64,000 nucleotides of DNA, taken from the NCBI GenBank assembly GCA_016432425.1, contig CP066688.1, positions 514,619-578,618 of the forward strand. The letters run 5' to 3'. Below the pieces are notes generated by a model, which was given only the letters and a program-made list of their open reading frames with translations, was not told the DNA's origin and made no database searches. The position numbers were made by a program, and so were the translations under genes. This stretch comes from Candidatus Daviesbacteria bacterium. Its GTDB lineage: Bacteria; Patescibacteriota; Microgenomatia; Daviesbacterales; UBA10151. Positions within the stretch are counted from its first letter, which is position 1. Every line of letters starts with the position of its first letter. Below are positions 17,469-26,956 of the stretch, piece by piece.

Positions 17469-19244
17469 ATGTTAAAACAGAAATTATTAGAGGATTTACA
17501 AAAAACAGTGGAGGATTTGGGCTACCCGTCAACTGATATACTTTTATCTATTTCTAAAAATCCGGAGTTTGGAGACTATACCACAAATATCGCTTTACAA
17601 CTTGCTAATTTAGAAATCGGAAAACTTCATCACTCGCCAGTTGAGATTGCTAATGAAATTAAAAATGCTTTAGAAAAACTAGTAATTGGTGACAAAGAGC
17701 GAAACTATTTAGAAAAAGTAGAGGTAGCTGGACCTGGTTTTATTAATTTTTACCTTAAGACGGCGGCCTTAATAAAAAATTTACCCTTAGTTTGTAATTA
17801 TACAGCCATGGTTGACCCTCAAATTAAGGTAGCGGGTGAAAAAAGAAAAATTTTAGTTGAATATGCCAGTTTTAATGCTTTAAAACCTGTTCATGTAGGG
17901 CATTTAAGAAATATTGTGCTAGGGGAAAGTTTGGTCAGATTGCTTAAATCTACGAACAATGAGGTTTTTAAAGTCACCTACACTTCTGATATTGGTCTGC
18001 CCACAGCTAAAACTATTTGGGCGGTTCAGCAACTAAAGAAACAGTACCAACAAGCTCAAAAAGCTGCTCTTTCCGAAAAAGCAGATTTTTTGGGCCAAGC
18101 CTATGCTTTTGGATCAGAAAAATACAATGAAGATGAGGTAGTTAAAAAAGAAATTAATGAACTGAATAAAAAAATTTACGCCAGAGATAAAGAGATCAGC
18201 AAACTATGGCAGGAGATTTTAGGCTGGAGCTTCGATTATTTTAATTATATTTATGAGCTAGTAGGTACAAAATTTGACAAAGAATTTTTGGAGTCGGAAG
18301 TAGAAGGAGAAGGCAAAGAAATTGTTTTAAAAAATATAGACAAGGTTTTTAAAGAGGACCAGGGGGCAGTAATTTTTAGGGGAGAAGAACATGATCTCCA
18401 CAACAGAGTTTTTGTCACTTCTGCCGGGAATCCTACTTATGAAGCCAAAGAGATGGCTTTAGCCAAACAGGAATATAAGGCTTTCCCTTTTGATCTGGCA
18501 ATCCATGTAGTAGCTAACGAACAGTTGGAGTATTTTAAGGTAGTTTTTAAGGCTTTGTCACTGCTGGATAAAAATTTGGCTAAAAAAGAAAGACATTTAT
18601 CTTACGGGTATGTCACTTTGTCTTCCGGCAGGATGTCTTCCCGCAAGGGTAATGTCATTATTCTGGAGTATATTTATGATAAGGTGAGGAGAGCTGTTGA
18701 GGAAATTATGAAAAAATCAGCTACAGTTAAGGATATCAGTGAGAATGAACGCCAACAAATTATTAATATGGTCAGCCTGGGGGCGATAAAATTCTCCCTG
18801 CTTAAATATTCCCCCAAAACAGATGTGGTTTTTGATCTAAAAAAATCAGTTTCCTTAACTGGTGACAGCGGGCCTTATGTGCAATATAGCTATGCCCGGG
18901 CCAAATCAGTTTTGCGGACTGCCCATTATGATTATGAAGCTAAAAAATCAGGGCAACCGAAGAAAGTTGGGAAAATGGCTTTAGAATTAGAAGAACGAAT
19001 GATACTGCGCAGAATAGAGCAATTTCCACAGTTGGTTAAAGAAGCCTCTGATAGTTTTGCCCCTCAGACAGTAGCTAATTTCTTACTGAGCTTAGCTAAA
19101 GAATTTAATTTGTTTTATCAAAAACACCCTATTATTAAGGCTAAGGACAGTGGCGAGTTTAGGTTAGCTTTGACTTGTGCAGTGGCAGTAGTCTTAAAAC
19201 AGGGATTGTATTTATTAGGTATTGAAGCACCGGAAAGAATGTAA
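17469..19244 (+). CDS. argS: Arginine--tRNA ligase
   Basis: FGDYTTN, AGPGFINF, KPVHVGHLRN, MSSRKG, GPYVQYSYAR, LGIEAPERM. Confidence 0.97.
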   Translation: MLKQKLLEDLQKTVEDLGYPSTDILLSISKNPEFGDYTTNIALQLANLEIGKLHHSPVEIANEIKNALEKLVIGDKERNYLEKVEVAGPGFINFYLKTAALIKNLPLVCNYTAMVDPQIKVAGEKRKILVEYASFNALKPVHVGHLRNIVLGESLVRLLKSTNNEVFKVTYTSDIGLPTAKTIWAVQQLKKQYQQAQKAALSEKADFLGQAYAFGSEKYNEDEVVKKEINELNKKIYARDKEISKLWQEILGWSFDYFNYIYELVGTKFDKEFLESEVEGEGKEIVLKNIDKVFKEDQGAVIFRGEEHDLHNRVFVTSAGNPTYEAKEMALAKQEYKAFPFDLAIHVVANEQLEYFKVVFKALSLLDKNLAKKERHLSYGYVTLSSGRMSSRKGNVIILEYIYDKVRRAVEEIMKKSATVKDISENERQQIINMVSLGAIKFSLLKYSPKTDVVFDLKKSVSLTGDSGPYVQYSYARAKSVLRTAHYDYEAKKSGQPKKVGKMALELEERMILRRIEQFPQLVKEASDSFAPQTVANFLLSLAKEFNLFYQKHPIIKAKDSGEFRLALTCAVAVVLKQGLYLLGIEAPERM

Positions 19245-20314
19245 TGTTTAGAAGAAGACAAAAACGATCTATTAATTTACCTTTTGTTATATTTAGGTTG
19301 GGATTAAGCCTAACCATGTTTGCCCTGCTTTTGGGTGGAGGTTATTACGCTTTTCGTTATTTTTCCGGAGTTGACCCCTTAAAAATTGCTCCCCAAACCG
19401 CCTTTTTATCTGCTTTGGCTAGCAACAAAGACTTAAGCCAAACAATAGATAAATTAATTAATCAGCTTAATTTGCCCAAAATTTCCTTAAGTCAACACAA
19501 TCAAATCCAGGGAACGAGCAGCAGCTTGCCGCCGGATAAAAGTGTCAATCAATCTGGTGTTAAGTCCACTAAACCCGTCACCATACTTTTTAAATTTGCC
19601 TTGGTGGCAGATTCCCATAATGAAAATGATTACCTGGGGCGGGCTTTGCAACAAGCTAAGCTTTCCGGAGCTAATTTTGTCATTGGCTTGGGAGATTATA
19701 CTGATACCGGTACTACCCAGGAACTTAAAAAAACCAAAGATAGTTTTGATGCTGTTGGTCTTAGGTATTATTTAACAGCAGGAGATCATGATTTGTGGGA
19801 TTCCCGCAACCGCCAAGTTCAGGCCACCACTAATTTTAGTAATCTTTTTGGCCCGCCCTTTCAATCTTTTACGGTCCAAGGGGTGAAATTTATCATGGTT
19901 TATAACTCGGATAATTATGAAGGGTTAAGTACAGACCAGTTTGATTGGCTAAAAACTACTTTTGAGCAGATAAAAAGTCAAGGTAGCCAAAGTGACTTTC
20001 CGGATAAGTTAATTTTGGTGCTAACTCATGAACCGTTTTACCACCCGGTTTCTGATCATATGATGGGTAGGGTGAATCCGAAATTAGTCAGTCAAGCTAA
20101 GGAGTTGATTAAAATGTTTAAAGATAACGGGGTGGCAGAAGTGTTTACCGGGGATCTGCATTTTTATAGCCAATACAGTGATCCGGATTCTAAATTAAAG
20201 ATGACTACAGTAGGGGCAGTCACTGCTCTAAGAAATCTGCAAAATCCCAGATTTTCCCTGGTAACTGTCTATAGTGATTATTCTTACTTGGTAGAGGATG
20301 TGGAAATTAAGTAA
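19244..20314 (+). CDS. Membrane-anchored calcineurin-like metallophosphoesterase
   Basis: ADSH, GLGDY, GDHD, THEP, GDLH motifs; N-terminal TM. Confidence 0.85.
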   Translation: MFRRRQKRSINLPFVIFRLGLSLTMFALLLGGGYYAFRYFSGVDPLKIAPQTAFLSALASNKDLSQTIDKLINQLNLPKISLSQHNQIQGTSSSLPPDKSVNQSGVKSTKPVTILFKFALVADSHNENDYLGRALQQAKLSGANFVIGLGDYTDTGTTQELKKTKDSFDAVGLRYYLTAGDHDLWDSRNRQVQATTNFSNLFGPPFQSFTVQGVKFIMVYNSDNYEGLSTDQFDWLKTTFEQIKSQGSQSDFPDKLILVLTHEPFYHPVSDHMMGRVNPKLVSQAKELIKMFKDNGVAEVFTGDLHFYSQYSDPDSKLKMTTVGAVTALRNLQNPRFSLVTVYSDYSYLVEDVEIK

Positions 20315-20381
20315 AAGAGAGCTCGTATTTACAAACTAAACGCTATGCGCTAATATCTAAAAGAATTAATTTATTGTTTAT

Positions 20382-20984
20382 ATGATACAGAGGACATTAA
20401 TTCTTATAAAACCTGATGCCATGGAGCGAGGGGTGGTGGGAGAGATTATCTCCCGTTTTGAAAGAGTAGGACTTAGGATTTTAGAAGGCAAAATGGTAAC
20501 GGTCACAGAAGATTTAGCCACGGAACATTATCCAGTGACTGACGAGTGGCTTAATAAAGTAGGCAATAATACTATTTCTGATTGTGAAAAGTATGGTTTG
20601 GATGTGAAAGTTACCATGGGTACTGATGACCCGATTGAGATTGGCAGATTAGTTCATTCCTGGAACAAAGATTGGTTAATGAGCATGCCTATTTTGGCCC
20701 TGGTTTTACAAGGTATTCATGCGGTGGAGGTAGTGCGCAAGCTGTGTGGCCCCACCTTGCCGCTTTTGGCCCCTCCGGGGACTATCAGAGGAGATTTTTC
20801 TTCTGCATCAGCTATTTCAGAAAATATTAATAAAAAACCGATCAGGAATTTGGTCCATGCTTCCGGGACTGTGGAAGAGGCTGATCGAGAAATTAATTTG
20901 TGGTTTCCAGAGCTTAAAAATAAAACAACTCATAAAAAGAGCGCGGTCGTGATGGATGATTCGCTGTTAAAAGCTAATCAGTAA
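20382..20984 (+). CDS. ndk: Nucleoside-diphosphate kinase
   Basis: RTLILIKPDA, PGTIRGDF, NLVHAS. Confidence 0.93.
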   Translation: MIQRTLILIKPDAMERGVVGEIISRFERVGLRILEGKMVTVTEDLATEHYPVTDEWLNKVGNNTISDCEKYGLDVKVTMGTDDPIEIGRLVHSWNKDWLMSMPILALVLQGIHAVEVVRKLCGPTLPLLAPPGTIRGDFSSASAISENINKKPIRNLVHASGTVEEADREINLWFPELKNKTTHKKSAVVMDDSLLKANQ

Positions 20985-20993
20985 AACTAAGTT

Positions 20994-21482
20994 ATGTCGA
21001 AATCTGCCCAAATATTACATGAAGTAGCCATTACAGCAATTATTCATCGAGGTCCCAAATATTTAATCATCCAAAGATCCCGGTCTAAAAAAAGATTTCC
21101 TACCAAATGGACTGTACCAGGAGGAAAACTGGAAACCTCTGATTACACTAGTTTGCCCAAAGACACAAAAGATTATTGGTACAATGTTTTGGAAAAAACT
21201 CTGAGAAGGGAAGTTAAAGAGGAGGTGGGGATAGAGATTAAAGATGTAGAGTATCTGACTAGTTTGGCCACAGTTCACCAAGATGGAGCTCCGTCTTTGG
21301 TTATTTCCTGCTTGGCTAAATATAAGAAGGGTAAGGTTAAGTTACAGCCAGAGGAAGCAGATGATTTTGCTTGGGTAACTCTTAAAGAAGCCAGGAAATA
21401 TGATTTAATAGATGGAATTTATGAGGAGTTGGTCATGGCTGAAAGGAAGCTTTCCGGCAAGTCTGCAATTTGGAAAAGATAA
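20994..21482 (+). CDS. NUDIX hydrolase
   Basis: PGGKLE...LRREVKEEVG Nudix box with an insertion. Confidence 0.88.
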   Translation: MSKSAQILHEVAITAIIHRGPKYLIIQRSRSKKRFPTKWTVPGGKLETSDYTSLPKDTKDYWYNVLEKTLRREVKEEVGIEIKDVEYLTSLATVHQDGAPSLVISCLAKYKKGKVKLQPEEADDFAWVTLKEARKYDLIDGIYEELVMAERKLSGKSAIWKR

Positions 21483-21652
21483 GTCGGGGACCAGGGAATA
21501 AGATCGTTTGCTTCACTCTCTAACCTTTCCTTCCGCCTTCGGCGAAACGTTGAACCGCTCTAGTGAGCTAGAATTAATTCTTATCAATCCCTTTGCCTTA
21601 AAGACCTCAGACAAGCCTGAGGTCCCCTAAGCCAAGTCGGGGACCAGGGAAT
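21481..21652 (-). mobile_element. Miniature element downstream of tRNA-Pro, bounded by a 19-bp duplication of the tRNA 3' end
   Basis: AAGTCGGGGACCAGGGAAT at 21481..21499 and 21634..21652; internal hairpins GACCTCAG..CTGAGGTC and CGCCTTCGGCG. Confidence 0.6.
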
Positions 21653-21708
21653 TGAACCCTGTACTTCTCGAACCCGAATCGAGCGTTCTACCGATGAACT
21701 AGTCCCCG
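21637..21708 (-). tRNA. tRNA-Pro(CGG)
   Basis: Cloverleaf CGGGGAC...GTCCCCGA; anticodon arm CTCGA-TTCGGGT-TCGAG; T-loop GGTTCAATTCC. Confidence 0.93.
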
Positions 21709-21774
21709 TAACTTTTAAAATTATACCTCTAGTATCTTTTTCAATCTACTGTCTACTGTTGTTATTGTTGATTG

Positions 21775-21812
21775 TTGACACATTTCATTCAACGATCGTA
21801 TAATGAAATGTT
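21775..21812 (+). promoter_or_regulatory. sigma70 promoter overlapped by the 34-bp ACGATCGT palindrome
   Basis: TTGACA(21775)-18 bp-TATAAT(21799); palindrome CACATTTCATTCA ACGATCGT ATAATGAAATGTT ends immediately before the ATG. Confidence 0.8.
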
Positions 21813-22331
21813 ATGAGGGGTATTTACAAAAAAAGTTTAAGTGAGGCTATTCTATTAGCTTTGGAAAAAGCTGTAGATGGATATGTTAGGTATGACGATT
21901 TAATTCATCACCCATCTTCATATGCCTGGGGAAGTGGTTGGGATAAACAGTTAAAAAAGCCTACTCTTTCTCAAGCCTTAAAAAGGCTGAGAGAGCGTGG
22001 TTTAATACAGGAGGATAAAGTAGATACGAACAAAGTTATTTTTAAATTAACTGAAGCAGGGAAAGATGCCTTGGGAGTGGGATTTTTTGATGAAAAGAGT
22101 TGGGATGGAAAGTGGAGGATTGTAATATTTGATATTCCGGAACAGAAAAGGTTGGTTAGAGACCTTTTTAGGAGAAATCTTAAAAAATGGGGTTTTAAGC
22201 ATTTACAGAAAAGTGTTTTGGTTAGTAAGCAGGACATTTTTTCTAAACTAACTGCTTATGTTAAAGAATTGGGGATCGAGAGATGGGTGGTGGTAATAGA
22301 ATCAGATAGATTGAGCAATCACAATTCATAA
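21813..22331 (+). CDS. PaaX-like protein (wHTH + Cas2/VapD-like ferredoxin domain), paralog 1
   Basis: LSQALKRLRERGLI..FKLTEAG; WDGKWRIVIFDIPE..RDLFRRNLKKWGF..LQKSV. Confidence 0.85.
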   Translation: MRGIYKKSLSEAILLALEKAVDGYVRYDDLIHHPSSYAWGSGWDKQLKKPTLSQALKRLRERGLIQEDKVDTNKVIFKLTEAGKDALGVGFFDEKSWDGKWRIVIFDIPEQKRLVRDLFRRNLKKWGFKHLQKSVLVSKQDIFSKLTAYVKELGIERWVVVIESDRLSNHNS

Positions 22332-22353
22332 CACGATCGTACACAAATTGTTA
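22320..22353. promoter_or_regulatory. Downstream ACGATCGT palindrome containing the stop codon of paralog 1
   Basis: CACAATTCATAAC ACGATCGT ACACAAATTGTTA; left arm resembles that of the 21779 site. Confidence 0.65.
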
Positions 22354-22408
22354 CAAGCGCAAATAGTTTTCTTTAATTTGAAGAGATTTAATAGTAAAAT
22401 TATACAAT

Positions 22409-22481
22409 GGCCCTGTAGCTCAGTAGATAGAGCGGTCCCGTCCTAAGGGAAAGGTCGGGGGTGCAACTCCCTCCAGGGCCG
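22409..22481 (+). tRNA. tRNA-Arg(CCT)
   Basis: GGCCCTG...CAGGGCCG acceptor stem; anticodon loop GTCCTAA. Confidence 0.9.
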
Positions 22482-22489
22482 CTTAAAAA

Positions 22490-23170
22490 ATGAGCACCTA
22501 TTATAAATTAGTTTTATTTGTCAGGTTCCTGGGATATTTTAGTTTACTAACCGGGCTGCTGGCTTTGTTATTTATTTTGGGTCCGCTGGGACTGGCAGAA
22601 GCTCGTTATAGGTCAGATCAACTATTGGGGGTTAAAAGAACTCTGCCTAAAATTATCAAATCAGATCAAACACAAGCAACCACCTCTGCCACCCCTCTTC
22701 CTAAAGTGTCGTTGACACCTTTAAGCATTGATCCGATAGATACCAACTTTGGGATTGTCATAGAAAAAATTAATGCCAATTCAAAAGTAATTGCTGATGT
22801 TAGTCCAACTGATGAAAGGCAATATGGCAGAGCGCTGTTGCAAGGGGTGGCTCATGCCCAAGGGACAGCTTATCCAGGGCAAAAAGGGAATATTTATCTT
22901 TTTTCCCATTCTACTGATGCTCCCTGGAATATTATCCGGTTTAATGCAGTATTTTACTTACTCCGAGAGTTAGAGCCAGGAGATAGAGTAGTGATGTTTT
23001 ATCAAAATAAAAGGTATGATTACCTTGTTTATGATAAAAGGGTAGTTTCTTCTACAGATGTTAGTTTTTTAACTAACCAATATGATCAATCAGTGCTAAC
23101 TTTACAAACCTGTGATCCTCCGGGAACACTAATTAATAGGCTTATCATTAGGGCAAAGTTGGAAGAGTAA
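22490..23170 (+). CDS. Sortase (class E/F-like)
   Basis: N-terminal TM; LFSHS, LTLQTCDPPG, RLII (His/Cys/Arg triad). Confidence 0.88.
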   Translation: MSTYYKLVLFVRFLGYFSLLTGLLALLFILGPLGLAEARYRSDQLLGVKRTLPKIIKSDQTQATTSATPLPKVSLTPLSIDPIDTNFGIVIEKINANSKVIADVSPTDERQYGRALLQGVAHAQGTAYPGQKGNIYLFSHSTDAPWNIIRFNAVFYLLRELEPGDRVVMFYQNKRYDYLVYDKRVVSSTDVSFLTNQYDQSVLTLQTCDPPGTLINRLIIRAKLEE

Positions 23171-23207
23171 TTGTCCTATTTGTTTTTTTGTTATACAATC
23201 AAAATTA

Positions 23208-24371
23208 ATGGTCAGCAAAAGATTTCTTTTCACTGTCTTCACCGTATTGGTGATCTTAACGGGAGCCACTATAGCTGTTTTTTTAGCTAAGGGCTATACT
23301 TTTTCTCCCCAAGAAAAAAGATTAGTCGGCACCGGGATTATTTCTGTGACTTCCACTCCTGATGCTGCTTCTGTTTATGTTGATGGCCACTTAACAACTG
23401 CCACCAACTCGACCGTGACGCTTTCTCCCCGTGATTACACGGTCAAAGTAATTAAAGAAGGTTTTATTCCTTGGGAGAAAAAAGTAACAGTTAAAGAAGG
23501 TTTGGTAACTGACCTTAAAATAACTCTTTTTCCTGCCATCCCCACCATTTATCCTTTAACTTTTACCGGGATTGCCAGTCCAGTTTTATCTCCGGATTTT
23601 GGCCAGTTGGCTTATGTTGTACCACTTACTACCAACAACTCTAAAAAAGCTGGGGTTTGGGTTTGGTCAATGACTGATAACCGCCCCATTGCTTTTGCCA
23701 GAGGAGCTCAGCCCCATCAAATTGCCTCCTCTTTAATTACGGATTATTCTAAAGCAAAACTGCACTGGTCTGCTGACTCTAAACAGGTTTTGGCAACAGT
23801 AGAAGCCAATAATTATTTGCTAAACGCTGATTCTCTCAATTCTGATCCCCGGGACATTACTCCCACTCTCGCTACTACCTTGAAAGGTTGGGAAACTGAC
23901 CAAAAAACAGCTGATAATGCCAGGATTAATGTTATCCCTGACCAAAACTTACGTCAAATTGCCTCTAATTCAGCTGTATTAAAGTGGTCACCGGATGAAA
24001 CTAAATTTATGTTCGCGGCTGCTGAGCAGCCTGGCGACAAGCGAGCAACAAGTAACGAGCAACCAGAAACGAATCGCGATGAGACGAATCTAAAATTTAA
24101 AGTGGCAGATTTAGAAACCGGCGATCAATATGATTTGCCGTCTGCTAAGTTACATTTTTGGCTGCCGGATTCCCGCCATGTAGTTTTGGTGGAAGAGAGC
24201 CAAGTTTCCATTGCTGATTTTGACGGAACTAATAAAGCTGTTATTTATGCCGGGAATTTCTTAGATAGTTTAGTTTTTGCCTGGCCGGATTATTCCCGTT
24301 TAGTAATAGTAAGTTCTGTGCCCACCCCTACAGCCTCTGAGCCCAACTTGTTTGGGATAAATCTTAAGTAA
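23208..24371 (+). CDS. PEGA-domain protein with beta-propeller-like C-terminus
   Basis: GIISVTSTPDAASVYVDG..YTVKVIKEGF; repeated WSPD/WLPD/WPD motifs. Confidence 0.8.
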   Translation: MVSKRFLFTVFTVLVILTGATIAVFLAKGYTFSPQEKRLVGTGIISVTSTPDAASVYVDGHLTTATNSTVTLSPRDYTVKVIKEGFIPWEKKVTVKEGLVTDLKITLFPAIPTIYPLTFTGIASPVLSPDFGQLAYVVPLTTNNSKKAGVWVWSMTDNRPIAFARGAQPHQIASSLITDYSKAKLHWSADSKQVLATVEANNYLLNADSLNSDPRDITPTLATTLKGWETDQKTADNARINVIPDQNLRQIASNSAVLKWSPDETKFMFAAAEQPGDKRATSNEQPETNRDETNLKFKVADLETGDQYDLPSAKLHFWLPDSRHVVLVEESQVSIADFDGTNKAVIYAGNFLDSLVFAWPDYSRLVIVSSVPTPTASEPNLFGINLK

Positions 24372-24503
24372 TTTTAAAATCTAAATTTCCAATTTTAAAT
24401 CAAATCTAAATGTTTTAAAACTTAAAATTTAAAATTCTGAATCATTTTGATTCAGATAGTGTATCTTGTGACCAGGTAGAAGTTAAGGTATATTTGTCTC
24501 GCT

Positions 24504-25526
24504 ATGTTTAACCTCTCCTTTACTAAACGTATTGGTATTGATTTGGGGACTGCTAACTCTTTAGTTTATGTGGCTGGAGTAGGAATTGCTCTGAATGAGC
24601 CTACTGTAGTGGCCATTTCTACTGATGACCATAAAGTTTTGGCAGTAGGGAACGAAGCCAAAGAGATGTTGGGACGGACCCCGGGAAACATTATGGCCTC
24701 CCGTCCCATGAGAGAAGGAGTAATTGCTGACTACGTCATTACCGAGGCTATGATTCGTTATTTTTTAGACAAAGTTTGTGGTTCCTCCCGGCTGTTTAAA
24801 CCGGAGGTGATGGTTTGTGCCCCGGCCGGAGTAACTTCCGTGGAAAAGAGGGCCATTCTGGATGCTACCTTATCAGCGGGAGCGAAAACTGCCTTTTTAA
24901 TTGATGAGCCGCTGGCTGCAGCCATTGGAGCCCGTATTCCCATCGCCAACCCTTCCGGGAATATGATTGTCGATATTGGTGGCGGAACAACTGAGGCAGC
25001 TGTGATCTGTTTGGGTGGTGTAGTGGTACATAACAGTGTTCGGGTAGGTGGTAATAAAATTGATGAGGCCATTCAAACTTATGTCAGAAAAAAATACAAT
25101 CTGATTATCGGGGAGAGGATGGCCGAAGAGGTTAAAATCAAGATCGGTTCAGCTATAAAAATGGCGGAGAAAGATAATTTAATTACAGAAGTAAGGGGGA
25201 GGGATGCCTTCTCAGGATTACCCAAGACGATTACACTCTCCACCAATGAAATTGTTGAGGCTACTGCCGAGCCGGTGCAAAAAATTATTGGAGCCATGAA
25301 AGGGGTATTAGAACAAATTCCACCCGAGTTAGCCTCTGATATTATTGACAAGGGAATTGTGATGAGTGGAGGAACCTCGCTCTTAAAAAATTTAGACCAT
25401 TTAGTAACAGATACCTTAGGGGTGCCGGCAGCGCTGGCAGAGAATCCCTTACTTTGCGTGGCTTTAGGAACCGGCATTGCCCTGGAAAACCTGGATCTTT
25501 ATAAAAGAAGTGTCTCTAAGCGATGA
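24504..25526 (+). CDS. mreB: Rod shape-determining protein MreB (paralog 1)
   Basis: [35 protein letters not shown]. Confidence 0.95.
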   Translation: MFNLSFTKRIGIDLGTANSLVYVAGVGIALNEPTVVAISTDDHKVLAVGNEAKEMLGRTPGNIMASRPMREGVIADYVITEAMIRYFLDKVCGSSRLFKPEVMVCAPAGVTSVEKRAILDATLSAGAKTAFLIDEPLAAAIGARIPIANPSGNMIVDIGGGTTEAAVICLGGVVVHNSVRVGGNKIDEAIQTYVRKKYNLIIGERMAEEVKIKIGSAIKMAEKDNLITEVRGRDAFSGLPKTITLSTNEIVEATAEPVQKIIGAMKGVLEQIPPELASDIIDKGIVMSGGTSLLKNLDHLVTDTLGVPAALAENPLLCVALGTGIALENLDLYKRSVSKR

Positions 25527-25673
25527 TCTGGTTTGATATTCTTGAAAAATTCAATTAAATTAAAAAAGGATTGTCAGAATAAGCTATTTTAAACACCGAA
25601 TTTTCTTATCACTCTAAATTTAATATTGCTAGTCTACCTGTGTTAAACAGGGGGTTTATGCTAAACTAAAGAT

Positions 25674-26867
25674 ATGGTAGCGGGTTTTGATGGATCCCGG
25701 GCTTTTGTAAAAAATCGGACCGGGACAGAAAATTATTCTTATCAGTTATTAAAAAACTTGGCCAAAATTGATCAAAAAAATCAGTATGTGGTCTATTTAA
25801 GACCAGGGAACGAGGTTAAAGAAAAGTGGCCCAGTAATTTTGAATTTAAGGTTTTAAATTATCCTCGTTTATGGACTCAAATAGGTTTGGCCAAACAAAC
25901 TTTTCAAGATAAATTAGATGTATTGTTTGTGCCAGCTCATACCTTACCCATTGTGAGACGTCCAGGCTTAAAAACTGTCGTGACCGTGCATGATTTAGGC
26001 AGTGAATTCCTGCCTAAAACCCATCAAATTAAGCAGAGATTGTACTTATCATTTATGCAGCAAGTACAACTTAAGGGCGCGACTAAGCTTATTGCAGTTT
26101 CCAAAGCTACCAAAAATGATTTAGTTCAAAAAATTGGTCTAGATCCAAAGAAAATAGAGGTAGTTTATGAGGGATTTGATAAAAACCTATTTAAACCAGT
26201 CAAAAACTTGTCCCGAGCGACTTATCCTGAGTTATATCGAAGGAAGTCGAGGGATGATGCACTAGTTAATAGTTTGAAACAGTTTGGATTAAGACCCAAA
26301 GAATATTTTTTATTTGTTGGAACAATTCAACCCAGAAAAAATCTAGAAAGACTAATTAAAGCTTTTGGCTTAATCGCTCGAAGACCTGTCGCTACGCAGC
26401 CCCGCTCCGCGCCACCCCTCACTACACGATTAGTCTTAGTTGGAAGTAAAGGTTGGTTAAGTGAGGAAATTTATGAACTGCCCAGAAAATTAGGAATTGA
26501 AAAACAAGTTAAATTTTTAGGTAGAGTAGATGATGAAGATTTACCAGCTTTGTATTCCGGAGCTATAGCCTTAGTTTTCCCTTCCCTTTTTGAAGGCTTT
26601 GGTTTACCCATTTTAGAGGCCCAAGCTTGCCAGGTTCCAGTGATTACCTCTAATTTGTCTTCTATGCCGGAAGTAGCTGGTCCGCCAGCTAGCGGAGGAG
26701 CCATTTTAGTTGATCCATACAGTGAAAAAGAAATTGCAAATGCTATGATAAAGGTAATAAATCCAAAAGTAAGAGCGGATTTAATAAAAAAAGGATTACA
26801 AAACTTGAAGCGTTTTTCCTGGGAAAAATGCGCCAGGGAAACTTTAAAGGTGTTATTGTCATCCTGA
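25674..26867 (+). CDS. GT4 family glycosyltransferase
   Basis: TVHDL, FVGTIQPRKN, FPSLFEGFGLPILEAQAC; three short in-frame inserts. Confidence 0.92.
   Translation: MVAGFDGSRAFVKNRTGTENYSYQLLKNLAKIDQKNQYVVYLRPGNEVKEKWPSNFEFKVLNYPRLWTQIGLAKQTFQDKLDVLFVPAHTLPIVRRPGLKTVVTVHDLGSEFLPKTHQIKQRLYLSFMQQVQLKGATKLIAVSKATKNDLVQKIGLDPKKIEVVYEGFDKNLFKPVKNLSRATYPELYRRKSRDDALVNSLKQFGLRPKEYFLFVGTIQPRKNLERLIKAFGLIARRPVATQPRSAPPLTTRLVLVGSKGWLSEEIYELPRKLGIEKQVKFLGRVDDEDLPALYSGAIALVFPSLFEGFGLPILEAQACQVPVITSNLSSMPEVAGPPASGGAILVDPYSEKEIANAMIKVINPKVRADLIKKGLQNLKRFSWEKCARETLKVLLSS
26207..26254 (+). repeat. Two-level nested CTGAG..TCGAAG-family element, in frame
   Basis: TCCCGAGCGA[CTTATCCTGAGTTATATCGAAGG]AAGTCGAGGGA. 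Confidence 0.65.
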
Positions 26868-26934
26868 TCCTGAGCACTTCGACTGGTTCGACTACACTCA
26901 CCACAGGTTCGCTCAGTGTAAACTTTGTCGAAGG
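26865..26934 (-). mobile_element. 70-bp nested REP-like element (intergenic copy)
   Basis: Exact reverse complement of 15006..15075, itself inside an outer GTCATCCTGA...GAAGGATCT frame. Confidence 0.8.
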
Positions 26935-26956
26935 GGAAGGATCTCTAGGATTATTT

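Noticed and set aside
21813-22331. CRISPR-Cas locus suggested by Cas2-like domains
   Set aside because: No cas1 or other cas genes and no repeat-spacer array in the window; the domains are fused to a wHTH (PaaX-like)
24504-25526. Two mreB paralogs as a novelty
   Set aside because: Multiple MreB-like genes are common in bacteria
26828-26956. N-terminal extension of the WecB/TagA ORF
   Set aside because: Derived from the 70-bp repeat element; the family-like sequence starts at 26957
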